DNA of 64,000 bases from positions 64,001-128,000 of the IMG/VR virus record IMGVR_UViG_3300045988_139474. One strand, 5' to 3'. Both the position numbers and the translations under genes were made by a program. The DNA is from a virus. The notes under the pieces are model-generated. The model worked only from the letters and a program-made list of their open reading frames with translations, had not been told where the DNA came from and ran no database searches. Shown piece by piece: positions 52,164-61,199 of the stretch (the first letter of the stretch is position 1; every line of letters starts with the position of its first letter).

Positions 52164-55100
52164 ATGGCTAAACTAACACGCATTGTTACGCACAGCGCAA
52201 AAACCGAACAGGCTGCTCACGAAGTCCGAATGCTGCACGAAGAAACAAGGGCTAACGCTAACCTCTATGCTGATTTCATGTCGAAAGAACAGAAGAAGCT
52301 TGTAGCAGCCTTTGAAAAGCAATTGGATAAACGCCTAACGGCTAAACAATGGTCTCAAAAGGATTCCGACCAGCTGCAAGCTATGCAAGAGCAGTTGGTT
52401 GAAATCTTTGAGAAAATCAAGACAGAGAATGCCGACAAGACAATCTCTGTCGTCAAGATGATTGAGACCTATCTGGAAATGCGCGCTCGTAAGGATTTAT
52501 CATCATTACAGCGCAAGCATATCGAAGATGACTTGGATAAGCTGTTGCGTCAGTTAGGCCTTGAGAACATTGACCGTGACGATTACGACCGCAGCGCAGC
52601 TGACCGCAGTAGAGAGGCTCACAACCGTAGCATTCAACTCAAGCGCGCAACGGAATTAGCCGATAAGATTACAGCCACTGCTGAAGAGACTCAAGGCTTG
52701 AAAGACCATCTGTATGAGCTGAAAGTCGGTTATGACGAAGCGATTAAATCAGACGGCTTCAAAAACCTCAAGCGAGATGCAGTTGACCGATTGCTCAAAG
52801 GTACAGGCTTGGGCGAATTGGCTGAGATGTTTGACTTAGGCGGTAAAGCCAAGTCGGGCTGGGGCAAGCTCAAGTCTGGCTTAGGCAAAGGCTGGGATAA
52901 GCTCAAAGACAGCTTTGACGAAAAGAGCCAAGAACAGCTACAACAGCAGAAAGAGATAGCTGATGAACAGGAGTTGAAAGAGACAGAGCGACATGAGCAC
53001 CTGATTTCAACGACCGTGTCAGAAAGCAACCGCACTCAACAGCTGTTATCCGAAAGCATACAAATTCAGCGGAATATGCTGAATGAGCAAGAGCGTACAA
53101 CCAGCCTGATAGAGCAAGAGCAGAACAAGCAAGACCTTGTGCCCCTCAAGAAGTCTAAGGATAAATCTGAAGATGATGAAGAGAGCGAAGGCGGAGGCAT
53201 CATTGAAAAGCTGTTTGATGTAATCGGCGGCAAGAAAGGTAAGCTCGCAAAAACTATCTTCAAAGGCGGTAAAGGCCTGCTCCGTCTTGGCGGCAAAGGC
53301 TTAGGCATGATTGCAACGTCTTTGTTTCCTAAAGCAGCACCTATTGCCGGCAGAATCGCCTCAAGATTCCTACCAGTCACAGGAAAGATAGGCGGTGGCC
53401 TATTATCCAAAGCAGGAGGCCTTGCAGCAGGCATGGCTGGGCGATTAGGTGTAAACGCGTTGAAAGCCGTTCCTGGCCTGGGTTTAGCTGCTACTGCGGC
53501 CATGGCTGCTTATGATGGCTATAAGGGCTGGGACAGCGAAAAGGCTAAAGCATTATATGGCGACGATAGCTTCAAGTCAAAAGCAAAATCATCATTAGCA
53601 CATATCGGTTCAGGCCTGACTTTCGGTTTGGCTGACCCTAAACAGGTGTCTGACTTCTTCGGCAAGATGATGGACTACAGCCCGTGGTCACTCCTACAGA
53701 AAGGCATTTCTAAAGTCTTTGATTTTAAGGATAGCGACACATTTAAGGCATTGAAAGATGGCTTCAAAGAGAAATTAGGAGTTGTAAAAGACTTCCTGTT
53801 TAGCCCGATTGAGACTATTGGTAAAGGCTTCAACAAGCTGATGGATACATTAGGCTCGATTCCGATTGTTGGCGATTTCTTTGAGGGCTTGCGCTCGCCT
53901 AAGATGAAACAGCTGGCTACCAGTGTTTGGAAGATGTCGCCGATAGGCCGTGTGTTTGATACCCTGACTAAAATCATGAAGAAGATTGCAAGCTACTTCA
54001 ACATTGACCTACCGTCTGGACAACAGCTGAAAGACGGCATGTCTAACGCTTTCCAAACTGCTATAAGCTCAGTTGGTGAGGCTTTCGGAGTAGATAAGGG
54101 CTTGGGCTCAGTTTCAGCCAAGTATGAAGGCAAGGTTGAATCGGCTAACAAAGACAACAAGGGCTGGGCATACGGTAAATATCAATTCAACTCAGCAACA
54201 GGAGGACTGGATGATTTCTTCAAGCATAATCCTAAGTATGCTGCTCAGTTCAAAGGCTTAACGCCTGGAACTGAGGAATTCAATAACAAATGGCGTGAGA
54301 TAGCTGCTAATGACCGTGAGGGCTTTGAAGCAGCCCAACATAACACTGTCGTCAAGACCCGATATAACCCTGCAGCTGAATATGCGGGCAAGCTAGGATA
54401 CAAGTTGGATAACCGTGGCGTGCAAGAGATGATTTTCTCAGGCTCAGTACAACATGGCGGTATCAACAAGTTGTTAAAACAAGTTGCTAGCACACCTGGC
54501 TTCGCTAACATGACGCCAGAGCAGCAGATTCAGGTTTTTTATGCAGCGCGCAAGCAATACGTTGCAGGCAATGTCGATGCTAAGACTAATGCGGGCTTAC
54601 AATCCCGATATGACAGCGAAGTTCAGACGGCCTTGCAATACGCTAGGGGTGAGCAATCAACCAATATTGCAGGCGCAGCAGCCAACTCTGTAAGTACAGC
54701 AGCCAGCGGTTTGGCGATGAAAGTTTCAGGTATTATCCGAAACAACGCTACAGTCAATACCAAGCATGGCGGTACAAAAGCTGCTACCAAGTCTATCGGT
54801 AGATGTGCTCGACACGTATTCAACTCATTAGCCGCAGCAGGCTTTGAAGTCGGTAATGCTGATATCAATAAGGCCTCTGGTATTCAATCAGCCAAAGATG
54901 CTGTTCCGCCGTTGAAAAGGGCTGGTTTTGAGGTAGTCGGTTATCCGTCAGCCGATAACAGCAATGCAGGGGCTATGCCTGGTGACGTTGAAGTCTGGTC
55001 AGGTGTTCCTGGTCACCCAGACGGTCATATTGCTTTCTTTGATGGCCGCAACTGGATTTCGGATTTCGTACAAAAAGGCCGTATCGTTGCATCTGAGTAT

Positions 55101-55391
55101 GCAGGCAGGGCAAGAGTTACTCGACTGAGACACCCAAAAATGGCGTCCAGCGGTAAAGCAAGCAGTGGCGGTGGCGTTAGTGCGCCTCCTATGCTGAAAG
55201 CACCTGCTAAAGCTCCGAGTAATTCAGGCTCACCTAATCTGATTCAGTCGATGAATAAGCCGTCTGCGCCTGTCGGTATTGCAGCCAATCCGCCTCAAAA
55301 GCCTGCTACAGTGAATACAATCCTGTCGGCCTTTGCAGCGAAGCCTGATGATAACATCAAGTCCACATTGAATCTCGTGAATGTCTTGTAA
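52164..55391 (+). CDS. tape measure protein with lysozyme-like and CHAP/NlpC-P60-like C-terminal domains
   Basis: 1075 aa. Coiled-coil N-terminal half and a Gly-rich hydrophobic segment. AKYEGKVESANKDNKGWAYGKYQFNS is muramidase-like. GRCARHVF...PGDVEVW...DGHIAFFDG is a Cys-His peptidase signature. Confidence 0.75.
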   Translation: MAKLTRIVTHSAKTEQAAHEVRMLHEETRANANLYADFMSKEQKKLVAAFEKQLDKRLTAKQWSQKDSDQLQAMQEQLVEIFEKIKTENADKTISVVKMIETYLEMRARKDLSSLQRKHIEDDLDKLLRQLGLENIDRDDYDRSAADRSREAHNRSIQLKRATELADKITATAEETQGLKDHLYELKVGYDEAIKSDGFKNLKRDAVDRLLKGTGLGELAEMFDLGGKAKSGWGKLKSGLGKGWDKLKDSFDEKSQEQLQQQKEIADEQELKETERHEHLISTTVSESNRTQQLLSESIQIQRNMLNEQERTTSLIEQEQNKQDLVPLKKSKDKSEDDEESEGGGIIEKLFDVIGGKKGKLAKTIFKGGKGLLRLGGKGLGMIATSLFPKAAPIAGRIASRFLPVTGKIGGGLLSKAGGLAAGMAGRLGVNALKAVPGLGLAATAAMAAYDGYKGWDSEKAKALYGDDSFKSKAKSSLAHIGSGLTFGLADPKQVSDFFGKMMDYSPWSLLQKGISKVFDFKDSDTFKALKDGFKEKLGVVKDFLFSPIETIGKGFNKLMDTLGSIPIVGDFFEGLRSPKMKQLATSVWKMSPIGRVFDTLTKIMKKIASYFNIDLPSGQQLKDGMSNAFQTAISSVGEAFGVDKGLGSVSAKYEGKVESANKDNKGWAYGKYQFNSATGGLDDFFKHNPKYAAQFKGLTPGTEEFNNKWREIAANDREGFEAAQHNTVVKTRYNPAAEYAGKLGYKLDNRGVQEMIFSGSVQHGGINKLLKQVASTPGFANMTPEQQIQVFYAARKQYVAGNVDAKTNAGLQSRYDSEVQTALQYARGEQSTNIAGAAANSVSTAASGLAMKVSGIIRNNATVNTKHGGTKAATKSIGRCARHVFNSLAAAGFEVGNADINKASGIQSAKDAVPPLKRAGFEVVGYPSADNSNAGAMPGDVEVWSGVPGHPDGHIAFFDGRNWISDFVQKGRIVASEYAGRARVTRLRHPKMASSGKASSGGGVSAPPMLKAPAKAPSNSGSPNLIQSMNKPSAPVGIAANPPQKPATVNTILSAFAAKPDDNIKSTLNLVNVL
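54622..54633 (-). repeat. perfect AG-type DNA uptake sequence
   Basis: The plus strand reads TTCAGACGGCCT, inside the tape measure CDS. Confidence 0.8.
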
Positions 55392-55403
55392 GGGAGGAAG
55401 CGC

Positions 55404-56261
55404 ATGAGCTTGTTTTATGAAGAGATGTTGAAGAATCCCAACCTGTTAGTCACTCTAGCTTTCAGCGGTTCTGATTCCGTCCCTGCGTTTACAGTAAGCA
55501 GCCTGATTTCTGATGATTTCGGCGTTAACACTCAAACGCAATGGAATCATAATGACGCGTCAGTCAGCGATAACGGCTTGCAGACGGTTGCGAATGTGAT
55601 AGCAGGCATGACGGGTGATGCTAAACGCTCAATGAGCACGCTGGTCGGTACTTTGTCTGACTGGTCGGGCAATAGCAAACCTAGCTTCACAATTCCGTTG
55701 GTGCTACCAAAATACAGCAAATCCGCACCTGGCCTTGATATTGCTTCAACAATGCTGGCTATGTGTGCGCCGTCCTACAATAAGGGCGTGTTGGTAGCAC
55801 CTGGTGGGTACTATCGGGGCAATGCTATCACTCAAGTGTACGGCCAGATTCAAGACGCAATCAATGGCGGTATAGAACTGGCTAATGAAGCACTTGAAAG
55901 CGTTGGTAGCACTAGCGCGATTCCTACTGTTGGGGCAGGCTCAGACATGGGCTATGCAGACATCTTATCCCAACTAAAAGGCACCTGGTCAATCCAGATT
56001 GGTAATTGGTTCAGAGCAAGTCATCTGGTGCTGGATACCGTGAATTTCTCAGGCTCAAAAGAGGTAGTGACTGGCGGTGTACCTTTGATGGTAAACGTTT
56101 CCGCCAGCTTCACTACTGCGATTCAGCCGTCTGCTAGTATCGTCAAAGGCTGGTTCATTGCTGATAATGATACGTCTGTTTTCAAAGATACAGACATTGC
56201 TATTGCTACTCAAGGTACAACACCGTCAGCTGACGGTAACACTACACCTGCGGAGGCCTAA
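55404..56261 (+). CDS. hypothetical tail/baseplate protein
   Basis: 285-aa ORF directly after the tape measure gene. Confidence 0.55.
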   Translation: MSLFYEEMLKNPNLLVTLAFSGSDSVPAFTVSSLISDDFGVNTQTQWNHNDASVSDNGLQTVANVIAGMTGDAKRSMSTLVGTLSDWSGNSKPSFTIPLVLPKYSKSAPGLDIASTMLAMCAPSYNKGVLVAPGGYYRGNAITQVYGQIQDAINGGIELANEALESVGSTSAIPTVGAGSDMGYADILSQLKGTWSIQIGNWFRASHLVLDTVNFSGSKEVVTGGVPLMVNVSASFTTAIQPSASIVKGWFIADNDTSVFKDTDIAIATQGTTPSADGNTTPAEA

Positions 56262-56650
56262 TGTTTAAATTATCAGCTCAAGAGTTGGCGTATCGTTACG
56301 ACATCTCCAATTTTATCCGCCGAACGGAATCAACATCATACTTTGATATTGTCGATTCAACCTTTCTGAGCGACTTGAAGTCATTGAAGGGTATGCAGAC
56401 ATACACGGTCAAGTTTGAAGCTAACAGACCTGACCTGTTGTCTGAGGCGATATACGGCGCAGGCATTTCTCAACTATGGTGGATTATCATGACTGTTAAT
56501 GGCTTGAGATTACCGACTGAAATCAAGACCAACATGACGGTTCAGTATCCAACATTAGACCAGTTGGAAAACCTGTATTTTAAACTTAGCGCACGGATGT
56601 CAGCCAACAAGGTTGATTTCCGTGGCTCAAACATTGAATTGTTGGATTAA
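56261..56650 (+). CDS. LysM-like tail protein (P2 gpX-like position)
   Basis: 129 aa. YTVKFEANRPDLLSEAIYG...IIMTVNGLRLPTEIKTNMTVQYP has a LysM-like pattern and precedes the gpD-like gene. Confidence 0.4.
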   Translation: MFKLSAQELAYRYDISNFIRRTESTSYFDIVDSTFLSDLKSLKGMQTYTVKFEANRPDLLSEAIYGAGISQLWWIIMTVNGLRLPTEIKTNMTVQYPTLDQLENLYFKLSARMSANKVDFRGSNIELLD

Positions 56651-56652
56651 TC

Positions 56653-57780
56653 ATGATAGGGATACAAGGTCAATACCTTTTTGACGTAAAAATCGGCAGT
56701 TTGTCAGGATTCTTAACAGAGGCTGACCTTGTTGTCTTTAAGCTTATCGAAGAGGCCGGCAACAAATTGCCTTTGTTTGAGATGATTTTCAGAGTCAACG
56801 ACCCTGCAATCTACCGTGTTATGAACCAAGGCAATTTGCTGAAAGTTTCTTTCGGCGTTCACCAACTGAATATGCATGACCTACAATTGATGATTGTTGA
56901 AAGAGATAGGATTTCTGAATCTGCTAATTCAACATACGTCAGACTAGTCGGAACATTGGCTGCTATTCAGTATTCGACCGCTAATACAACATACAGCAAA
57001 ACAACCACGACTAAAGAGGCGATTCAAGAATTGGCCTCCAAATTCTTTCAATATGAGTCCAATATTGATAAGGGCAACGACCGTATGGGCTGGGTATCTA
57101 ACAGCAAGACAGTCAGGTCATTTATCAACAAGCTATGGTTGCATAGTGATGTTGGAAACGATATTCCAATGATTGGTATTACGTCAACAGGCAAGTTTAG
57201 ACATCTTGCCCTTTTAAAGCATGTAAACCAATCGAATAAATGGACGCTAACGACTAACACACCAAACCCTGGTGAGATACCTCTCAGCCAGCTTCCTAGC
57301 GTTTTTAGCAACGCAGCAGCTGTAAACCTGCTTGGCGGGTATTCTCGCAGCGTTATCGTCAACGACTTAGGCAATGCTAAGACGAAACGGATTACACCGC
57401 CTGAATTAGGCAAAGGCCTTCTTTCAAACTCAGAATCGTTGGATACTATCAATGCTGGTACACGCCTCAAGTCTGTATCTTACGTCAACGACAACGTGTT
57501 TCCTGAGTATCATCAACGCAGGGAATTCAATTCAAAACACTTGTTAATGTTAGATTCCCTCAATGCTAAATGCTATGTTGAGGGCGTATTCTGCGGAGTA
57601 CAGGTGCTAGATGTCGTCATGCTGAGGGATTCAAGCTATTCATTAGGCCAATCTGTTGAAGATACCTCAGGCCTATGGATAGTCAAGAAAGTTGCTCGCA
57701 TTATCCAAGACAAGAAGTTTCATACAGTCATCACCCTGACTAGAGACTCAATCAACAAACTCACATTGCTGAAAGCTTAG
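56653..57780 (+). CDS. baseplate hub protein (P2 gpD / Mu gp44-like, by position and size)
   Basis: 375 aa, located between the LysM-like gene and the spike gene. Confidence 0.5.
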   Translation: MIGIQGQYLFDVKIGSLSGFLTEADLVVFKLIEEAGNKLPLFEMIFRVNDPAIYRVMNQGNLLKVSFGVHQLNMHDLQLMIVERDRISESANSTYVRLVGTLAAIQYSTANTTYSKTTTTKEAIQELASKFFQYESNIDKGNDRMGWVSNSKTVRSFINKLWLHSDVGNDIPMIGITSTGKFRHLALLKHVNQSNKWTLTTNTPNPGEIPLSQLPSVFSNAAAVNLLGGYSRSVIVNDLGNAKTKRITPPELGKGLLSNSESLDTINAGTRLKSVSYVNDNVFPEYHQRREFNSKHLLMLDSLNAKCYVEGVFCGVQVLDVVMLRDSSYSLGQSVEDTSGLWIVKKVARIIQDKKFHTVITLTRDSINKLTLLKA

Positions 57781-57791
57781 GAGGACAACTA

Positions 57792-58454
57792 ATGCTACCA
57801 ATTGATGAATGGTTCAGCGAAACTAAGCCGAATGAAAGCTATCAGCGCGGTATCGTGTTAGACAATAACGACCCTGAGATGAAGAAACGGTTGAAAGTGC
57901 GAATCCCTGGCTTCATGGAAGGCGACAAAGAGACCCTGCCATGGTGCGTCCCTATCGGTGACGCTTTCTTAGGGGATTCTGCTCAATCAGCTGAAGTGGC
58001 TGTTCCTGCTATCGGCTCAGAAGTGGTAGTGTCCCTGCCCACTACTGATGCCTCATTCCCTTTCTATATCGGCTCATGGCAATCCAAGCCTGTTCCTGCT
58101 GAGTTTCAGACCAATTATCCGAACAGACATGGCAGGAAGGATAACTCAGGCACTTATTGGTATAATGACCAGACGACAGGGGAATTCAAATTCAAACATT
58201 CCTCAGGCTTTGAGTTCACGATTAAGGCGAATGGCGATTTCACCCTCAAGACGGCTGGAAACGGTATCGTCAAGGCTGGTCAGCTGTTAGACTTGATTGC
58301 TGCTACTATGGTTTCGGCTCAAACGCCAATGCTGAAAGCCTCGCAAGAGATTATGGATGAAGTGAGAACCATGTCTGCTGACCGTGAGATTTACAACACT
58401 CACATTCATCAAGGTTACCATGGCCCAACCAGTCAGCCTTTGCAGCCTAAGTAA
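57792..58454 (+). CDS. baseplate central spike (P2 gpV / Mu gp45-like)
   Basis: 220 aa. OB-fold start RGIVLDNNDPEMKKRLKVRIPGF...LPWCVP and apex motif NTHIHQGYHG. Confidence 0.8.
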   Translation: MLPIDEWFSETKPNESYQRGIVLDNNDPEMKKRLKVRIPGFMEGDKETLPWCVPIGDAFLGDSAQSAEVAVPAIGSEVVVSLPTTDASFPFYIGSWQSKPVPAEFQTNYPNRHGRKDNSGTYWYNDQTTGEFKFKHSSGFEFTIKANGDFTLKTAGNGIVKAGQLLDLIAATMVSAQTPMLKASQEIMDEVRTMSADREIYNTHIHQGYHGPTSQPLQPK

Positions 58455-58461
58455 TTGCTTT

Positions 58462-58606
58462 CTTGGCCTAGTCAGAATCTCGAACATAAAGACAGGATTT
58501 TGGCTAAAAATTCTTCTGCTGAAACAATTGCTTACCAACGAAATAGCCAATTCCAATGTCATAGATGTGATACAATATCAACACTACAGATATTATATTA
58601 CTAATA
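58462..58606 (-). repeat. conserved ~145-nt non-coding element, copy F (inverted orientation)
   Basis: The reverse complement aligns with copies A-E: TAATATAATATCTGTAG..ATTGTATCACATCTATGACATTGGAATTGGCTATTTCG..GAATTTTTAGCCAAAATCCTGTCTTTATGTTCGAGATTC. Confidence 0.85.
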
Positions 58607-58630
58607 AATCTTAGCTGAAAGGAGACAGCC

Positions 58631-58987
58631 ATGCAGGTATTTTCAGACCTTGACCAGCATAACCCTGCTATCGTCACTGATATACAATCAATCAAGCAAC
58701 ACATCCTGAATATCCTGACTACTCGCAAGCGAAGCCTGATATTCCGTTCAGATTTCGGCTCGAATATCGAAGATTACCTGTTTGAACTCATGGATTCTGA
58801 AACTAGCTTGGCTGTACTGTCTGAGGTAACAAATGCGGTAGGCCGTTGGGAGCCAAGAGTTGAAGTTGACTTTGCTAACAGTAAGGCTTACTCAGACCCT
58901 GACAGGCATACATTATGGGTTGAACTCGCTTTCATCGTCAAGAAGACAGGTGAGTTTGAAAAATTCACGATAGGTTTTGCAAGATGA
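58631..58987 (+). CDS. baseplate wedge protein, GPW/gp25 family
   Basis: 118 aa. IKQHILNILTTRKRSLIFRSDFGSNIEDYLFE. Confidence 0.8.
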   Translation: MQVFSDLDQHNPAIVTDIQSIKQHILNILTTRKRSLIFRSDFGSNIEDYLFELMDSETSLAVLSEVTNAVGRWEPRVEVDFANSKAYSDPDRHTLWVELAFIVKKTGEFEKFTIGFAR

Positions 58988-60345
58988 ACATTTTTAATAT
59001 CAAATCCATCTCATTTGAAGAGATTAGAAACAAGCTGTATGCTTGGATTGCTAGCAAGCCTAATCTCAACTCGCGCTGGCGTGACTTCTATGCTGGCGGT
59101 GCTGGTTCTAACCTTGTTGAGCTAGCAGCAGCTATCGGGGCTTTCCTCGCTTATTCCGCCTATATGAATAGGCGCGATTCCCTGTTGGAATACACGACTT
59201 TAGGCTCATCTGCTATTGCTATCGGCTCGTCTATTGGGTATCTATACAATCGCAAAGTAGCAACAGGCTTGCGAGTTAAGTTTCTGGCACACTCTTCGGC
59301 CTATCTACCGAGAGAGACAGTCATCGGGGCTTACAAGAGTCATAGCATATCCCTGAAAGAGAGCGTTCAGCTGAGGCCTGGTATCAATACACTTGATGTT
59401 GTTTTCGGGGCTTGGAAGTCTCAAACACAAGTCGTACAAGACAGTAAGGATTTCATCAGTATCATGTTTGAGGCTGATGTAGATAACAACCTGTATGAGC
59501 TGTTTACATCTTCAATCAGAACACCTGTTGTATTGGAAGCTGAGGAATTGAACCCTGATAATGCCCTGCTCCGCTCGTTTGAAGACGGCGTATTTGTTGT
59601 CTATGGCAACGGTCATCTTGGTAAACGGGTTCAGGCTGGTCAAACAGTAGAGTTGAAATACCTTCAGCCGTCTATCCTTGATGAGGATTTCCTGTTATCA
59701 GCCTTACAACTGAACCTAGACGGTGATGTTGAAGCAGCTGAGATTACAGAACATGGCTCATATCCCGATTCAATCGACAAAATCAAGGCTGTTGCCCCTG
59801 CTTACCATTCAAGCCGCAGGATTCTGACTGGCCTTGAATCTTACAAGGCGATTATTTCGGCCTATCAAGGCAACATATCAGGCTCAGCAAGACCGTTTCC
59901 CAAGTCATGCTGTAAATGGAATGTCTGTTACTTGCGGAAAGACGAAAAGAAATACACACCTGAGCAAGAACTTGAATTTATCAAGTATCTTAGCAAATAC
60001 GCCATGTATGGTAGTGAATTCATTGTAGTTGACCCTGTACGAATCCCTGTAAGGGTGAAATTGCGAGTTGTAGTCAGCGAGTTAGCCGACACTCAAGCTA
60101 TTCTTGCAGAGATACGCAAAACGCTGGAAAAGCAGTGCCTGAAGCTGGACGTAACATTCAGCCCTGGGGTACTACATGGACTAGAGACTGAGGGCATTAG
60201 ACGGCTGTATCTGGAATACCCGATAGCCGATAAGACGGCTGACTACAACCAGTACTTCGCATTAGAAGATTTGAACGTTGAGTTTACAACCGACAACTAT
60301 TTGACCCTATCCAACGGTACAGACGCAGGGAAAGGATATGATTGA
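58984..60345 (+). CDS. baseplate J-like protein (P2 gpJ / Mu gp47-like)
   Basis: 453 aa, directly after the gp25-like gene with an overlapping start. Confidence 0.6.
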   Translation: MNIFNIKSISFEEIRNKLYAWIASKPNLNSRWRDFYAGGAGSNLVELAAAIGAFLAYSAYMNRRDSLLEYTTLGSSAIAIGSSIGYLYNRKVATGLRVKFLAHSSAYLPRETVIGAYKSHSISLKESVQLRPGINTLDVVFGAWKSQTQVVQDSKDFISIMFEADVDNNLYELFTSSIRTPVVLEAEELNPDNALLRSFEDGVFVVYGNGHLGKRVQAGQTVELKYLQPSILDEDFLLSALQLNLDGDVEAAEITEHGSYPDSIDKIKAVAPAYHSSRRILTGLESYKAIISAYQGNISGSARPFPKSCCKWNVCYLRKDEKKYTPEQELEFIKYLSKYAMYGSEFIVVDPVRIPVRVKLRVVVSELADTQAILAEIRKTLEKQCLKLDVTFSPGVLHGLETEGIRRLYLEYPIADKTADYNQYFALEDLNVEFTTDNYLTLSNGTDAGKGYD

Positions 60346-61196
60346 TGGAGAAACTAGACAGCGTGAGGTCATCGGATTACCTGCCCTCAAACCTGAAAAA
60401 GTTGCCCCTGTATAAGACGTTCACGGACATTCTCGATTACGCCATCCAGACCTTCTTCAAGCCTCTGTCTGACTCCAACCAGAATCTGTATAACCCAATC
60501 AGTGAGCATTATACTGCTAGGAACGTCATACACCTATTAGGCGGTGACCAGCTCATCAGTATGCTAGACACCGATATTGACGAAAAGACGGTGGCCTTGC
60601 TCTTGCCTGACCTACTTGATATCAAGGGTACAGAACAGGGCATAAAAACGCTTCTGCGCCTGTTAGGTATCGAATTTGAAGACCTGCTACTAATCAAAGA
60701 CCGAGATGGCTGCGGCAGGGTGACTATCATCCTCAAGAACAATGTTGACGTATCCCTTGAGAAAATCAAGCTTCTGGAAAAATTCTCACATAGCATCTTT
60801 TCCCAGTGCGCTAGTCTAGCAGCGATTACCAATTGCCAAGCTACAAAAGACGCATTGGCTGACGGAGCTACAGTTGAGCAAGACCTCCAAATCAACACTC
60901 ACTTATTGAGCTACAACTTCAGGTTGGATAGAAGAAGCCGAATGAGCCGTGCGGAAAGCTATCAGCTGCCGAAAACACCAGTGTATATCAAGCTTTGCAA
61001 TAATGAGACAAATGTAATCGACTTTGCTGAGCATGATGAAATGTCTGTATTCTCTTCGACCCGAAACACTTATCAGCCTGAATTCGTACAGACAGTAGTC
61101 ACTCAAGACCTCTTGAACGACACCTTAGTCTTGGATAGAACAGACTTGGCGCAAACCCAATTCATGGTTATGTCAACAAACAATTTTAAAGGATAG
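60342..61196 (+). CDS. baseplate/tail-fibre adaptor (P2 gpI / Mu gp48 position)
   Basis: 284 aa; called on position only. Confidence 0.35.
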   Translation: MMEKLDSVRSSDYLPSNLKKLPLYKTFTDILDYAIQTFFKPLSDSNQNLYNPISEHYTARNVIHLLGGDQLISMLDTDIDEKTVALLLPDLLDIKGTEQGIKTLLRLLGIEFEDLLLIKDRDGCGRVTIILKNNVDVSLEKIKLLEKFSHSIFSQCASLAAITNCQATKDALADGATVEQDLQINTHLLSYNFRLDRRSRMSRAESYQLPKTPVYIKLCNNETNVIDFAEHDEMSVFSSTRNTYQPEFVQTVVTQDLLNDTLVLDRTDLAQTQFMVMSTNNFKG

Positions 61197-61199
61197 ACA

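Noticed and set aside
58287-58728. ORFs 58287..58562(-), 58384..58614(+) and 58504..58728(-) around element copy F.
   Set aside because: They overlap the spike gene end, the repeat and the gp25-like gene start. They have no RBS, and their frames are inconsistent with the other copies.
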